Positions 1 to 9,507 of a stretch of 64,000 nucleotides of DNA are shown piece by piece. The stretch comes from a virus. Every line of letters begins with the position of its first letter. The stretch's first letter is position 1. Both the position numbers and the translations under genes were made by a program. Under the pieces are notes generated by a model. The model saw only the letters and a program-made list of their open reading frames with translations. It did not search any database and was not told the DNA's origin. Location: positions 18,194 through 82,193 of IMG/VR virus record IMGVR_UViG_3300046512_000168, one strand, 5' to 3'.

Positions 1-37
1 AAATTGCAACTTGTTGCACTTCGTTTGTCGATTTAAG

Positions 38-66
38 TTGACGAACACTTAGACATATGGCATATT
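38..66 (+). promoter_or_regulatory. Early promoter P1 (TTGACG-N17-CATATT)
   Basis: TTGACG AACACTTAGACATATGG CATATT; member of a 14-copy family sharing TTGAC[AG]AACACT. Confidence 0.8.
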
Positions 67-88
67 TAAAGCATAGAGAAACACAGAG

Positions 89-271
89 ATGGAGACGGAA
101 ATGTTCAAGGTAGTTCAGATGATCAGCGGCCACGAAGTCAAGATGAGCGGCAAGGTCTCGGCTGAGCGCGCTCACCAGATCATGATCAACTACAACCGTG
201 GCCTGAACCGCTCCGACCGCGCTGCTCTGGCCTGGGCCAAGAAGCAGGGCTTCAAGATCGTCGCTGCTTAA
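89..271 (+). CDS. hypothetical early protein
   Basis: First ORF after P1; start may be ATG at 101. Confidence 0.7.
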   Translation: METEMFKVVQMISGHEVKMSGKVSAERAHQIMINYNRGLNRSDRAALAWAKKQGFKIVAA

Positions 272-282
272 GGATTGGACAT

Positions 283-438
283 ATGTCGCCGACCATCGCA
301 TTGCGCGCCCGCCCGACCAAGATCAGCAAGCCGGCGCCCCGTCTGTCCATCCTGTCGAAGTTGCAACCCGTTGCAATGACCGAAGACGAAGTCGCGCACG
401 ACGCCGCCGTTCCAGCGCTGGATCGAAAACACTTGTAG
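283..438 (+). CDS. hypothetical protein (51 aa)
   Basis: ATG after AAGGA; fills the gap between neighbours; translated by hand. Confidence 0.55.
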   Translation: MSPTIALRARPTKISKPAPRLSILSKLQPVAMTEDEVAHDAAVPALDRKHL

Positions 439-450
439 GAGGAATGCACG

Positions 451-573
451 ATGACGAAGGACGAAATCCTCGCGCAGTATCAGAAGGGGATGAGCTTCAA
501 CGAGGCCTATGCCGCCCTGTCCAAGCTGGGCTATGGTCATTGGCAGATCGGCCGCATGCTAGGAGAGGGATGA
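451..573 (+). CDS. hypothetical protein (40 aa)
   Basis: GGAGG RBS, MTKDEILAQYQKG..., ATGA overlap with next gene. Confidence 0.6.
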   Translation: MTKDEILAQYQKGMSFNEAYAALSKLGYGHWQIGRMLGEG

Positions 574-812
574 TGGCAACTCACGTCATAGACGCAAGCG
601 AGCACCGTGTCGCCCAGAGCTTCGACATCACGCAGAACGCAGACGGGTCATGGCACGTGGTTGACGATGTCGGTCATGTCCAGACGATGAAGGCGATCTT
701 CACCACCGAAGAACAGGTGGTCCTGGTGCTCGACCTCATCGCACGCAACTGGGACGCCGGCTACGAACAGGGCCGTTTCGAACGCACACGCACAGGAGGG
801 CAAAGACCATGA
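570..812 (+). CDS. hypothetical protein
   Basis: RBS GGAGAGG; coupled to neighbours. Confidence 0.7.
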   Translation: MMATHVIDASEHRVAQSFDITQNADGSWHVVDDVGHVQTMKAIFTTEEQVVLVLDLIARNWDAGYEQGRFERTRTGGQRP

Positions 813-1258
813 GCAAGTACGCTAAACTCGACGACATCTGCAAGCGCCTCGGCTATCACGGCATCTGCCCTGAAGCCCTGGAGGAGCTGATCAACATCCG
901 ACCCATGGTCGACGACTTCATGGCCGGCATGCGCCAGATGTTCGCGCCCCGCGAAGAAGGCCCTATCGAGTTCGTCGACGAGTACCAGAACGGCAATATC
1001 GAGGTGCTGGAGACGATCGACTCTGCCGACATTCACCCGACCGATGATGGCGTTACCGGCCAACGGCACGCGATCGCCAAGCAGCTCCGTAGCGGCGCGA
1101 TCGATAGAGATGCTGCGCTCACGCAATTCCGCGCTACCGGCATGACGCTTCAGAGGGCACAAGAGCGTGTCCTGCGCATCCTGTTGGAGCGCGCCAAGTC
1201 CGGCGAGGTCGTCAACATGCCGGCCGGCACGTCCGTCCTGGGCAACAGGGAAGACTGA
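809..1258 (+). CDS. hypothetical protein
   Basis: AGGAGG RBS, ATGA overlap. Confidence 0.75.
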   Translation: MSKYAKLDDICKRLGYHGICPEALEELINIRPMVDDFMAGMRQMFAPREEGPIEFVDEYQNGNIEVLETIDSADIHPTDDGVTGQRHAIAKQLRSGAIDRDAALTQFRATGMTLQRAQERVLRILLERAKSGEVVNMPAGTSVLGNRED

Positions 1259-1259
1259 C

Positions 1260-1439
1260 ATGTACAAGACCGTCATCAAGATCGAGGTGCAGACGGCCGA
1301 GAAGCCTACCCCCGGCCAGCTCAAGGACATCCGCTGGGCCGTCCAGGCAAAGATCAAAGAGCTGGAACACGACGACGAGCTCGGCGAGCCCTTCGACCCT
1401 CTCGTCAAGGGCGCCTTCGTCATGGGGGAGGACGAGTAG
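1260..1439 (+). CDS. hypothetical protein
   Basis: Tight gene packing, typical codon usage. Confidence 0.65.
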   Translation: MYKTVIKIEVQTAEKPTPGQLKDIRWAVQAKIKELEHDDELGEPFDPLVKGAFVMGEDE

Positions 1440-1440
1440 T

Positions 1441-1698
1441 ATGGCGACCTTCAACGCCAAGGACTACACCTGGCCATACAGCCCGAAATACCTCGAAGAG
1501 CAGCACGGCTTCTTTGCCGACTGGATGGTGTTCGGCAGATCGAGCGATGACCCGAGCGTTGGTGACATCGTCGATTGCACGCTGTCGAATAGCGACGTCG
1601 CGCTCAATGTCCCGCTTGCCAAGGCAGAGCAGATTGTCGAGCTGCGGCGCGAATTCGTGCGTCGTGTCATCGCGATCATGAACGATAGGGAAGGCTGA
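1441..1698 (+). CDS. hypothetical protein
   Basis: GGAGG RBS, tight packing. Confidence 0.7.
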   Translation: MATFNAKDYTWPYSPKYLEEQHGFFADWMVFGRSSDDPSVGDIVDCTLSNSDVALNVPLAKAEQIVELRREFVRRVIAIMNDREG

Positions 1699-1699
1699 C

Positions 1700-2359
1700 A
1701 TGCAGGACAAAACCATACCGATGAAGGGCGGCTGGGTCATGTGCACCATGGTCCCGCCGACCCAGATCAAGCCTGCCTACCTTGGTGTCTACTATGCCCG
1801 CCCGGAGAGGGTCTTCGAGCAGGGCGCGTTCACCAATCTGCTGCACAGCGCCTATTCCGACAGCCAGCTTCGGGTGATCTACAAGCATCGCCAGCGCGCT
1901 AAGCTTAGCGTCTCCGAACAGGAAGAACTGCAGCGCATCGGCAAGACCAAGCGTCTGAAGCGCGCGATGGCCGACGTGCCACTGTGGCATGACACGGATG
2001 AAGTCGAACCGCCAGAGGAGATCGACCTGCCGGACCTTTCCGACCTGGTGCTGGAAATGCGTGTGCGCATCCTGACGCCCGACGGCGAAGTCTGCCTCGA
2101 ACCACACGAGTATTCGATCATCGACGATCTGCAGCCATACCTGGACGAGATCGGCGATGGCTATTTCATGCGCGAGCTGGGCGGCATCAAGTCGGCCAAG
2201 AAGCTGCAGGAACAGCTCTTCTACGTCATGCAGCGCGGCATCCCCAGAACGACCGCTTACAAGCTACTCCTCGGCGAGATCGAGCGACCGAACGTCTTCT
2301 GGCTTGAGCCACACCCCGGCCTGCAGGCATACTTCTCTCGCGGTGCCTTCAGCCGTTGA
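1700..2359 (+). CDS. hypothetical protein with SufB/SufD C-terminal-like segment
   Basis: EQLFYVMQRGIPRTTAYKLLL resembles the EEQLFYLxxRG[IL] helix of SufB/SufD. Confidence 0.6.
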   Translation: MQDKTIPMKGGWVMCTMVPPTQIKPAYLGVYYARPERVFEQGAFTNLLHSAYSDSQLRVIYKHRQRAKLSVSEQEELQRIGKTKRLKRAMADVPLWHDTDEVEPPEEIDLPDLSDLVLEMRVRILTPDGEVCLEPHEYSIIDDLQPYLDEIGDGYFMRELGGIKSAKKLQEQLFYVMQRGIPRTTAYKLLLGEIERPNVFWLEPHPGLQAYFSRGAFSR

Positions 2360-2389
2360 GCTAAAATTGCAACCCGTTGCATTCATTTG

Positions 2390-2418
2390 TTGACGAACAC
2401 TTGAACATATGCGATAGT
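2390..2418 (+). promoter_or_regulatory. Early promoter P2
   Basis: TTGACG-N17-GATAGT, preceded by box A at 2367. Confidence 0.8.
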
Positions 2419-2443
2419 AAATAATAGACAGATGGAGGGGCAG

Positions 2444-2659
2444 ATGCCCAAGCTAATTCGAGACGTCCAGTGCAATCTGTGGGGCAGCGATGTCACCCTG
2501 CCGGCGGGCACGCGTGTAATGCTGGTCAAGGGCGCGAGCGGTACAAAGGGCGATCTCTACGCCGTCGCTGACGCAAAGCTGCTGGTCGATCTCACGGGCA
2601 ATTCGCATGACCCGAAATACCGGTATGCGTTCGTCGATCACGCTGACGTAGGGGAATAG
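2444..2659 (+). CDS. hypothetical protein
   Basis: GGAGG RBS after P2. Confidence 0.7.
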   Translation: MPKLIRDVQCNLWGSDVTLPAGTRVMLVKGASGTKGDLYAVADAKLLVDLTGNSHDPKYRYAFVDHADVGE

Positions 2660-2662
2660 GAC

Positions 2663-2977
2663 ATGACAGACGAAGCGAAGCAGAAAGTCAGCTTTCTCGA
2701 CGATGTAAAACCAGCGTGGACCTACGTGGCGCAGGTTTGCCTCATAGCTCTAGAAGATGGGACGGACGCTGGCATTACCGAAGCCAAGAGCACGGTAATG
2801 CACATGGCGCAGGTCGCCGATAAGGCTGTCTTCTACAGGAGCCTCCTGCAGAAATATATCGAGCACGTCGGCAGCCGCGAAGGCTTCACCTTCCTCGACG
2901 ATCTTGACGTCGACACGTCATTTACCAACGAAGAGAAGGCCGAGTTGCTTAAGCTCAATGCGGAGCGTCAGTCATGA
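2663..2977 (+). CDS. hypothetical protein
   Basis: ORF track, coupled. Confidence 0.7.
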   Translation: MTDEAKQKVSFLDDVKPAWTYVAQVCLIALEDGTDAGITEAKSTVMHMAQVADKAVFYRSLLQKYIEHVGSREGFTFLDDLDVDTSFTNEEKAELLKLNAERQS

Positions 2978-3357
2978 GCGAAGCAGTCAGCGAAAAGGGC
3001 GTGCCCCTCGACGGCAAGCGCGCCGCAGAGACCGGCTGGGGCGAACGGGACAATCCATTTCCGAAGGGACGCCGGGACCATGAAGCCTGGGCCAACGCGC
3101 ACAAGGCGCAGCTCGGCGAGATGTGGAAGGACTGGAGGCACGTCCCTGACGCGCTCGTCGAGGCGGTCTCGCGCATCGACCCAGCAACCATAGACGCTCG
3201 CGTCGAGGAAGATCGCTACCTGCGCGCCGGCCGCCACCTCTTCGATACCGCGAAGTCGCTCGGCTGGAAGGACGACGGCGAGGGCGCTTACGAATTCATC
3301 CAACGCATCAGCTACGAGCAGGGCCTGGACGACGCGAAAAGAGGAAACAGGGAATGA
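2974..3357 (+). CDS. hypothetical protein
   Basis: ATGA overlaps on both sides. Confidence 0.7.
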   Translation: MSEAVSEKGVPLDGKRAAETGWGERDNPFPKGRRDHEAWANAHKAQLGEMWKDWRHVPDALVEAVSRIDPATIDARVEEDRYLRAGRHLFDTAKSLGWKDDGEGAYEFIQRISYEQGLDDAKRGNRE

Positions 3358-3824
3358 CTGACAAGACCAAAGAAGCCTTGGAAAAGGTGATGTCCTATGC
3401 GCGCGTGGCGGCCATCCTGCCATTGGACGCGCAGAAGCAGGCGTTCGATGCGCTGAAAGCTGCGGACGATGACGAGCCGACGGCTGAAGACCGCATCGAC
3501 AACGCGGTGCAGGCCATGTCGGAGACGCACTCCTCCTGGGAGAGCCGCTGCCACGCGATCATGGCGGCCATCGGCAAAGACTTCGGCCGGTTGCAACCCG
3601 TTGCAGACGAGGACACGCGCATCGTCTTCGATCAGGAATGGACCCCGAACTACCTCAGTGTCGAGGACAGCGGCGCAGCGCGCATCTACTGCGTCGAGCC
3701 CGTCGACGAAAACCTGCGCATGGAGGTACGTCTGCACGGCTATGACGAAGACTGCAACCATGAGACCTTCAAGCAGTTCGAAGGCAAGCGCATCCGCGTT
3801 ACAGTCGAGGCGATCGAAGAATGA
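3354..3824 (+). CDS. hypothetical protein
   Basis: ATGA overlaps on both sides. Confidence 0.7.
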   Translation: MTDKTKEALEKVMSYARVAAILPLDAQKQAFDALKAADDDEPTAEDRIDNAVQAMSETHSSWESRCHAIMAAIGKDFGRLQPVADEDTRIVFDQEWTPNYLSVEDSGAARIYCVEPVDENLRMEVRLHGYDEDCNHETFKQFEGKRIRVTVEAIEE

Positions 3825-4003
3825 CCCGCGCTCAGATTGAGGCGAGACTTATGGTTTTCCGGGAGCGCCTGTCAAAAGTGCGAGAGGTCCTGCGCAACCC
3901 ATTAAGCCACTCCCCGGAGCAGCGCCTCGCGATGCGGGCAGAAGGGAACGTGTACGCGACAGAGATCATTGCGCTAGAAGCCATGTTGGAGGTGACGGAA
4001 TGA
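3821..4003 (+). CDS. hypothetical protein
   Basis: ATGA overlaps. Confidence 0.6.
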   Translation: MTRAQIEARLMVFRERLSKVREVLRNPLSHSPEQRLAMRAEGNVYATEIIALEAMLEVTE

Positions 4004-4227
4004 GCGTCCATACGATCTTCGCGCACAAGAGCTATATCGTCGACGCGTTCATCAGCGTGGTGCAGGAGGGCGAGTATCGACCTTACTATGCCTTCCTGAC
4101 GGACAGCCTGATGACATCCGAGCGCTGCCAGGCGCAGGCGCGCTTCGAAGGCCGTAAGGTGCTCTACCGCGTTCGCGTCAAGATGCGCAAAGACTTCCCG
4201 ATCATCGGACGAAAGGGTAGATCATGA
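4000..4227 (+). CDS. hypothetical protein
   Basis: ATGA overlaps. Confidence 0.6.
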   Translation: MSVHTIFAHKSYIVDAFISVVQEGEYRPYYAFLTDSLMTSERCQAQARFEGRKVLYRVRVKMRKDFPIIGRKGRS

Positions 4228-4613
4228 TAGACTGGTCAACCGTCATCGGCATGTGGATAGGCATGGCCATAGGCGGGCTCATCCTCGGTGCCCTGATGCT
4301 CATCGGCTTCCATGTCGCAAGGCGTTTCAGGGTGCACCACAACAGACGCCTCTGGAGACAGGTATTCGGGCCGACACTGGCCGAAGCCAAAGTGCTCGCC
4401 GAGCAGAAGCGTAAGGCGACGCTGATACAGAACTGCGCCATGGCCTACCAGCACCACACCGGTACTGACACGATGGTCATCCACCCGACTAAGCGTGACC
4501 GTCTGTCGTGCATGTACTGCCCCTTCGATCTTCCCTTGCCGACGCGCTACCGTGAAATCCGTGGCGGCTCGATCGGCGGTGGCTGGAGCACAGTCGAGGT
4601 CATAGAGCCATGA
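4224..4613 (+). CDS. membrane protein
   Basis: N-terminal hydrophobic helix (VIGMWIGMAIGGLILGALMLIGF). Confidence 0.65.
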   Translation: MIDWSTVIGMWIGMAIGGLILGALMLIGFHVARRFRVHHNRRLWRQVFGPTLAEAKVLAEQKRKATLIQNCAMAYQHHTGTDTMVIHPTKRDRLSCMYCPFDLPLPTRYREIRGGSIGGGWSTVEVIEP

Positions 4614-4882
4614 GCGGACCAGCAGGCGAATACCACCGCAACTTCCTCAAGACGCGTCTGCGCGAGGAATTCAAAAAGGGCGGCTTCTCAATGCAGGACA
4701 TCATGGACAAGACCGGCTTTACCGAACTGGCCGTGCGCCGCGCCTTCAACTACGATGAAGCGACCACGCTCCACAAGCTGGGGGAGCTGGCGAACGCCAT
4801 GGGTTTCAAAGTCGACCTCGTTCGGGCGCACCCCAGAGGTGGCAAAATCGATATTGTGCACATAGAGGAAAGACATGACTGA
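4610..4882 (+). CDS. XRE-like helix-turn-helix protein
   Basis: SMQDIMDKTGFTELAVRRAFN...TLHKLGELANAMG pattern typical of HTH_XRE. Confidence 0.65.
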   Translation: MSGPAGEYHRNFLKTRLREEFKKGGFSMQDIMDKTGFTELAVRRAFNYDEATTLHKLGELANAMGFKVDLVRAHPRGGKIDIVHIEERHD

Positions 4883-5456
4883 CGACAGCAAACCAGACGG
4901 CATGCGCATGGAATACGGCTCGGCGATCTACCGCCATCGCGGCTTCGACATCGCCTACCGTGAGAACAACGAAGTCTGGAGCTGCCATGCGCTGAATGTC
5001 GAGCACGTCCAGCTCTCTCGCGTCAAGGAGATGATCAACAAGATCGACAAGCAGGCGCGTGAGCTGGGCGAGGACGGCGTGCGCGTGCTGATCGTTCACG
5101 ACTACGGCTCGGTCGAGATGAAGGAGGCCTACGCCTACGCGATCGACGCCAACCGTGAGGACGTCTGGGTCACCACGACCAAGGAACACTACGCCCGCCA
5201 CGGCGGCAAGAGTATCGTCGATACCCGCAAGAAGGCGAAGATCGATACCCTCGTCCTTGACACACCCGAGACGCGCGCCGCCATCCAGGCCTATCTCGAC
5301 GCAGAGAAGGAAGTGCAACGGGTTGCACGCGAGAGGCGCGAATACCTCAAGACCCTGCCGCGCCTGACCATGCCGGAGCTGAAACCAGTCGAAGCCTTGT
5401 CCGAGGACGACAGCCAGAAGCTGGCAGCCAGGCCGGTACGCAAGAGGACGAGATGA
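4875..5456 (+). CDS. hypothetical protein, C-terminal VRKRTR
   Basis: GAGG RBS; ends ...ARPVRKRTR. Confidence 0.75.
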   Translation: MTDDSKPDGMRMEYGSAIYRHRGFDIAYRENNEVWSCHALNVEHVQLSRVKEMINKIDKQARELGEDGVRVLIVHDYGSVEMKEAYAYAIDANREDVWVTTTKEHYARHGGKSIVDTRKKAKIDTLVLDTPETRAAIQAYLDAEKEVQRVARERREYLKTLPRLTMPELKPVEALSEDDSQKLAARPVRKRTR

Positions 5457-5707
5457 ATAACGATCCGAACTACGCTGAATTCGACGACTGCATCTGGGTC
5501 AGCCTGTACTGTTCCAGCAAGAAGGCGCGCGCCGAGATTATCCGCCTCAAAACGCTTAATGGACTGGGCTTCCTATTCAATCCAGGGGGCGGCCAGTTTG
5601 TCGGACACGAGCCCTATTTCAACTGTCAGATTACTACATTCGATGACGTGCTCGATCTGACCACGCTGCGGAAGGCGCTCACTGCTGCCGGCCGGTCCAC
5701 AGAATAA
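5453..5707 (+). CDS. hypothetical protein
   Basis: ATGA overlap. Confidence 0.6.
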   Translation: MNNDPNYAEFDDCIWVSLYCSSKKARAEIIRLKTLNGLGFLFNPGGGQFVGHEPYFNCQITTFDDVLDLTTLRKALTAAGRSTE

Positions 5708-5730
5708 TTGCAACGCGTTGCAACGAGTAT

Positions 5731-5759
5731 TTGACAAACACTTAGATATGTAGGATTAT
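5731..5759 (+). promoter_or_regulatory. Early promoter P3
   Basis: TTGACA AACACTTAGATATGTAG GATTAT; box A at 5708. Confidence 0.85.
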
Positions 5760-5787
5760 AAATGAAACCTACAAAGGAGGCGCGGTT

Positions 5788-6552
5788 TTGAAATACACAT
5801 ATTGCCTGTCTGATATTCACGGCATGGTCGATCACCTCGGCCAGGCCATGCGCTGGATCGCCAATGACTGCGCCGAGACCATGACCAGCCTCGAAGATGT
5901 CACGATCGTCTTCATGGGCGACTATATCGATCGCGGCCCCGCGTCACGCGCCGTCCTCGACATGCTGATGCTCATGAGGGACACCAGCCCTCCGACGATC
6001 GTCATTCTGCGCGGCAACCACGACGAGATGATGCTGCAGGCGCTGCGCTACCGATCGAAAACGCACGAGGTATGCTGGCTGCAGAACGGCGGCCTGGAGA
6101 CGCTGAAGAACTACGAAAAGCCGGTCGCGGCCCGTGGCTTCGAACGCAGTCTCTATGACGACGCGGTCTACGCGCATCTCGACTTCATCGAGAGCATGGA
6201 CCTGTTCTACGAGGACGAGCACCGCGTCTATGTTCATGCCGGCGTGCGCGGCTCGTTCCAGCGCATGGGCCTGCAGCAACCCTTTGACCTCTTGTGGATC
6301 AGGCCGAGCGAAATGGACGAAGCCTGGCCGGCCGGTATGCCGGTCGAGCCGAAGCTTGTCGTGCATGGGCACACGCCTGGTCATCCTGGCATCCCCGAAA
6401 AGACCTTCGGTATCGACGGCGGCGCCTGCTTCGACACTGGACATCTGAAGGTGGTCAAGTTTGACGATCAGCATCGCGATCCGATCCATATCCAGGAGAT
6501 CAGACCGATCAAGATGGCAGGCGTCAACGACAACAAGGTAAAGGCAGCATGA
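5788..6552 (+). CDS. Ser/Thr protein phosphatase (calcineurin-like metallophosphoesterase, lambda NinI-like)
   Basis: Motifs DIHG, GDYIDRG, RGNHD, VHAG, HGHTP. Confidence 0.9.
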   Translation: MKYTYCLSDIHGMVDHLGQAMRWIANDCAETMTSLEDVTIVFMGDYIDRGPASRAVLDMLMLMRDTSPPTIVILRGNHDEMMLQALRYRSKTHEVCWLQNGGLETLKNYEKPVAARGFERSLYDDAVYAHLDFIESMDLFYEDEHRVYVHAGVRGSFQRMGLQQPFDLLWIRPSEMDEAWPAGMPVEPKLVVHGHTPGHPGIPEKTFGIDGGACFDTGHLKVVKFDDQHRDPIHIQEIRPIKMAGVNDNKVKAA

Positions 6553-6935
6553 CCGGCATATTCCTTCATGATTTCTCCTGCGAGGAGGACGTCTTCTCGC
6601 AGTTCGAAACAAAGGACGAGGACAGGGAAGGCGTGCGCATCTTATTCGCGACCTACACCTACGAGAACTATTCGGGGAGTGCATTCGTGCTGCTCGAAAA
6701 GGATGGAAAGCTGTTCGAAGTCAATGGATCGCACTGCTCGTGCTACGGTCTCGAAGGTCAGTGGGCACTGGAAGAGGCTGACAAGGACGCGCTCTTGCAC
6801 CGCTTGCGCAAGGGAGACATGGGCGGTGAATACGAGGGCAACTGGTCGCAGGCGCTCATCGATCTGCTCGACCCGCCATCTCCGCCGACGGTAGCAAACC
6901 TCATCGTCGCCAGGAGGAGGGCGATCGATCTATGA
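6549..6935 (+). CDS. hypothetical protein, C-terminal RRAIDL tag
   Basis: Contains GSHCSCYG; ends PPSPPTVANLIVARRRAIDL. Confidence 0.75.
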   Translation: MTGIFLHDFSCEEDVFSQFETKDEDREGVRILFATYTYENYSGSAFVLLEKDGKLFEVNGSHCSCYGLEGQWALEEADKDALLHRLRKGDMGGEYEGNWSQALIDLLDPPSPPTVANLIVARRRAIDL

Positions 6936-8089
6936 CCCCTAAAGTCGAGCTGCTTACGCGAGACGGAGGGCGGGCTTGGCTTCGCATGCCGTCGGCCCAG
7001 CCGTCGCAGGGGATGGTGTCGTCAGAAGCACTCACGCGTGACGACCTCGTGCATCTTTATGCCCAGCTTAGCGCACATCTTCGCGAGACGAGTGGCCAAC
7101 CCACTGTCGCGATCGCCGGCCGCGCCATTCAGCTCGAAGACGCACCTGTAGCCGCCCCGACTTTGCAACCCGTTGCACTATCCACATCTGTCGCAGTGCC
7201 GTCGAACTTTCGCGCCATTGATCGGACCCCTGCCGTAGGAGACTGGTTCCTCATCTTACGCCGCGAAGGCTCGACGTCGGACTGCACAGTCGGCCGTCTC
7301 TACCAGGTCACACGGGTTGACGTCGAGGGCCGCTCAATTCCAGCTATCTCTTTCGTCGACGATGTCGGTGATCGCGTGTCGATGTTCTCTGGACGTGGCG
7401 TTAGCTGGGAGTTAGTCGAGCCGGCGCTGGTCGAGCCGGCGCCCCTGACGTTCAACTGGGACGCCGTAAACGATCTGAGGCCGAGACCAGAGCATTACCC
7501 GCCTCCCGCAGAGACGTTCCCGGTCGAAGGGTCTACTTGGCCGTGGCGCGTCGTCACCGATCGGCCGCCTGTCGTGGGAGACTGGGTGCGCATCACGCAT
7601 GTCCCTGATGAATATAGCGATTTCACTGCCGAGGTTGGCGGCGTCGTGCAGCTAATCGACGTCGACACAGACGAGTGGAGCAGAAACGGGGCATGGGATG
7701 GCAGCCATCACGCAGACGACTACATGGTATGGCATGATGGGGACATGAGCTGTGTCCAGGCCGAGCTGGTCGAGCGCGTTACCAATCCGATCGTCTATCG
7801 CGCCGTGGCTACGACGACAGACACGATGGTCGAGCCTTTGGCGGAGAGCCGCGTTGTCCCCGGAAGCCTGCGCATCAACGAGCTGACACTAGACGGCTAT
7901 GATAGCGTCCCCATGCCGGTGCTTGTGCAGAGCCTTGCCGAAACGATTACAGGCGTCACCCGAGAGACATTCCGCGCGCTCTTCCTGGAGCATGTCGAGG
8001 AACTGAGCCACGCTATAGACGCAGCGGTAACCGAGCTGGATGATGACCAATGGTTAGGCGCCATCCGCAGGATGCGGGAGAGGTCATGA
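6932..8089 (+). CDS. multidomain hypothetical protein (internal GRAIQL; two P-x-VGDW repeats)
   Basis: AGGAGG RBS; repeats RTPAVGDWFLI / RPPVVGDWVRI. Confidence 0.75.
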   Translation: MTPKVELLTRDGGRAWLRMPSAQPSQGMVSSEALTRDDLVHLYAQLSAHLRETSGQPTVAIAGRAIQLEDAPVAAPTLQPVALSTSVAVPSNFRAIDRTPAVGDWFLILRREGSTSDCTVGRLYQVTRVDVEGRSIPAISFVDDVGDRVSMFSGRGVSWELVEPALVEPAPLTFNWDAVNDLRPRPEHYPPPAETFPVEGSTWPWRVVTDRPPVVGDWVRITHVPDEYSDFTAEVGGVVQLIDVDTDEWSRNGAWDGSHHADDYMVWHDGDMSCVQAELVERVTNPIVYRAVATTTDTMVEPLAESRVVPGSLRINELTLDGYDSVPMPVLVQSLAETITGVTRETFRALFLEHVEELSHAIDAAVTELDDDQWLGAIRRMRERS

Positions 8090-8114
8090 ACGGGCAGGGC
8101 GCTAGACATATAAT

Positions 8115-8143
8115 TTGACAAACACTCATACATATGAGATAGT
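8115..8143 (+). promoter_or_regulatory. Early promoter P4
   Basis: TTGACA-N17-GATAGT; spacer holds perfect IR CTCATA-CA-TATGAG. Confidence 0.85.
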
Positions 8144-8166
8144 CAAAGGAGATGAAAGGGCAGGGC

Positions 8167-8400
8167 ATGAGCAGGGCAATCGATTTCACACCGGAAGAGC
8201 ACCACGAGGAAAAAGAGTTCGGCCCTCTGTGGCTCCCGCCGCATACCTGCGACGACTTCAATGACCACGAGTGCGGCATCTGCAGAATGCGCTCCCAGAT
8301 GCGCGCCTATTACGAAAAGTGCCGGCAGGAATATAAGATCGCCTGCGCGGCTGATCGCGGCGAATGGACGCCGCGCGAGACGAGGGCAACGGCATTATGA
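8167..8400 (+). CDS. hypothetical Cys/His protein (N-terminal RAIDF)
   Basis: ORF after P4; HxC...CxxC. Confidence 0.6.
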   Translation: MSRAIDFTPEEHHEEKEFGPLWLPPHTCDDFNDHECGICRMRSQMRAYYEKCRQEYKIACAADRGEWTPRETRATAL

Positions 8401-8894
8401 CACGCGCACTCGAACTGGAAGAATTGCAACGCGTTGCACCATCGGAGGCGCCGCCCGAGCCGATACCTGAATTCACCCATATAAGGCATGACGGCTATAC
8501 GTGGTGCGGCTATGCCAAGGGCAAGTACGGCGACCATGAGCGCGGCCATCTCTACTCAACAGTCACCAACAGGGCCCAGCGCGTCGCTATGTGGCAGAGC
8601 AACCAACTCTACGGAGACGGGTCGCTGACCATCGACTGGGTCGAGAACGGCTGGAAAGTCTGCCCGCACTGCGAACGTGATAAGTGGAGCGAGGAGAACA
8701 AGGACGCCCTGGCTGCGCAGCGCAGGTACGCGGCCGAGGAGATAGCGATCGCCAAGGCCGAGGCCGGCGAATGGACGCCCAAGAAGAAGCGCGCTGTCAT
8801 CCTACGCGAGCATGGTCAGCCAGAGACAGTGCTGCGCGCCAGGCCATTTTCCGACTTCAAGACAACGGAAGAACTGATCGAGGCGTGGAAATGA
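8397..8894 (+). CDS. hypothetical protein
   Basis: ATGA overlap; CPHC motif. Confidence 0.7.
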   Translation: MTRALELEELQRVAPSEAPPEPIPEFTHIRHDGYTWCGYAKGKYGDHERGHLYSTVTNRAQRVAMWQSNQLYGDGSLTIDWVENGWKVCPHCERDKWSEENKDALAAQRRYAAEEIAIAKAEAGEWTPKKKRAVILREHGQPETVLRARPFSDFKTTEELIEAWK

Positions 8895-8925
8895 AAGCTA
8901 CTCCAGGACAACGAGAGCAGTTGCT

Positions 8926-9276
8926 ATGAAGAAAAGCTGCCACATCACCGTGGACTACGAAGGCGGGACTGCCTGCGCCTGGGCGATCGAGCGCACGGCC
9001 AAGGGTGTCGAAGAGCGGATAGAAGAACTGTGCCGGCCCGAGATGCGCGGCAGCCAGCAGATCACCCCGAGAAGAATGCCTACGAAGATAACACTTCACG
9101 TCGACGTGGAAAGCCAAGGCTTCAAGGTATGGGCCGTGGGCACTGACGGCTACGAGAAGGTGGAGGAGCGCGCCCTAGCCCTGCTCGCCGCCACGAGCAG
9201 AGAATTCAACCGTCTGCACGGCATCGAGCCCGCCGTCGACGAGTACGCGATAGAGAAGAGGGCGATCCAGTTATGA
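8926..9276 (+). CDS. hypothetical protein, C-terminal KRAIQL tag
   Basis: ORF track. Confidence 0.7.
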   Translation: MKKSCHITVDYEGGTACAWAIERTAKGVEERIEELCRPEMRGSQQITPRRMPTKITLHVDVESQGFKVWAVGTDGYEKVEERALALLAATSREFNRLHGIEPAVDEYAIEKRAIQL

Positions 9277-9476
9277 GCCAGCCCAATGCGATAAGCTGCG
9301 CAACCTGCGTTTACCGACACACATATACCATCAACTCGGTCTGCCGGCGAAACCCGCCGACGGCGCTCCCAGGCGGCAACGTCTGGCCGAAGGTCGGGGA
9401 GTTGGATTGGTGCGGCGAGTGGCAGCCGAAGAGCGAGCCCATGCCCATCCAGCCGAGGCGATCGCTTAGCCTCTGA
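9273..9476 (+). CDS. small Cys-rich protein (CxxC...CRRNPP...WCGEW)
   Basis: Probable metal-binding miniprotein; ends PRRSLSL. Confidence 0.7.
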   Translation: MSQPNAISCATCVYRHTYTINSVCRRNPPTALPGGNVWPKVGELDWCGEWQPKSEPMPIQPRRSLSL

Positions 9477-9507
9477 AGAAAATACTTGACATCAACTAAT
9501 TTAGGCT

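Noticed and set aside
6915-6935. RRAIDL tag as a mere by-product of Shine-Dalgarno AGGAGG plus ATGA overlap
   Set aside because: This explains only the Arg codons and terminal Leu in coupled genes; uncoupled copies use CGT/CGC/CGG codons and keep the A-I-D-L core.
8359-8780. Shared GEWTP / GGCGAATGGACGCC between adjacent ORFs 8167 and 8397
   Set aside because: Only two short copies; may be a small duplication, too weak to interpret.
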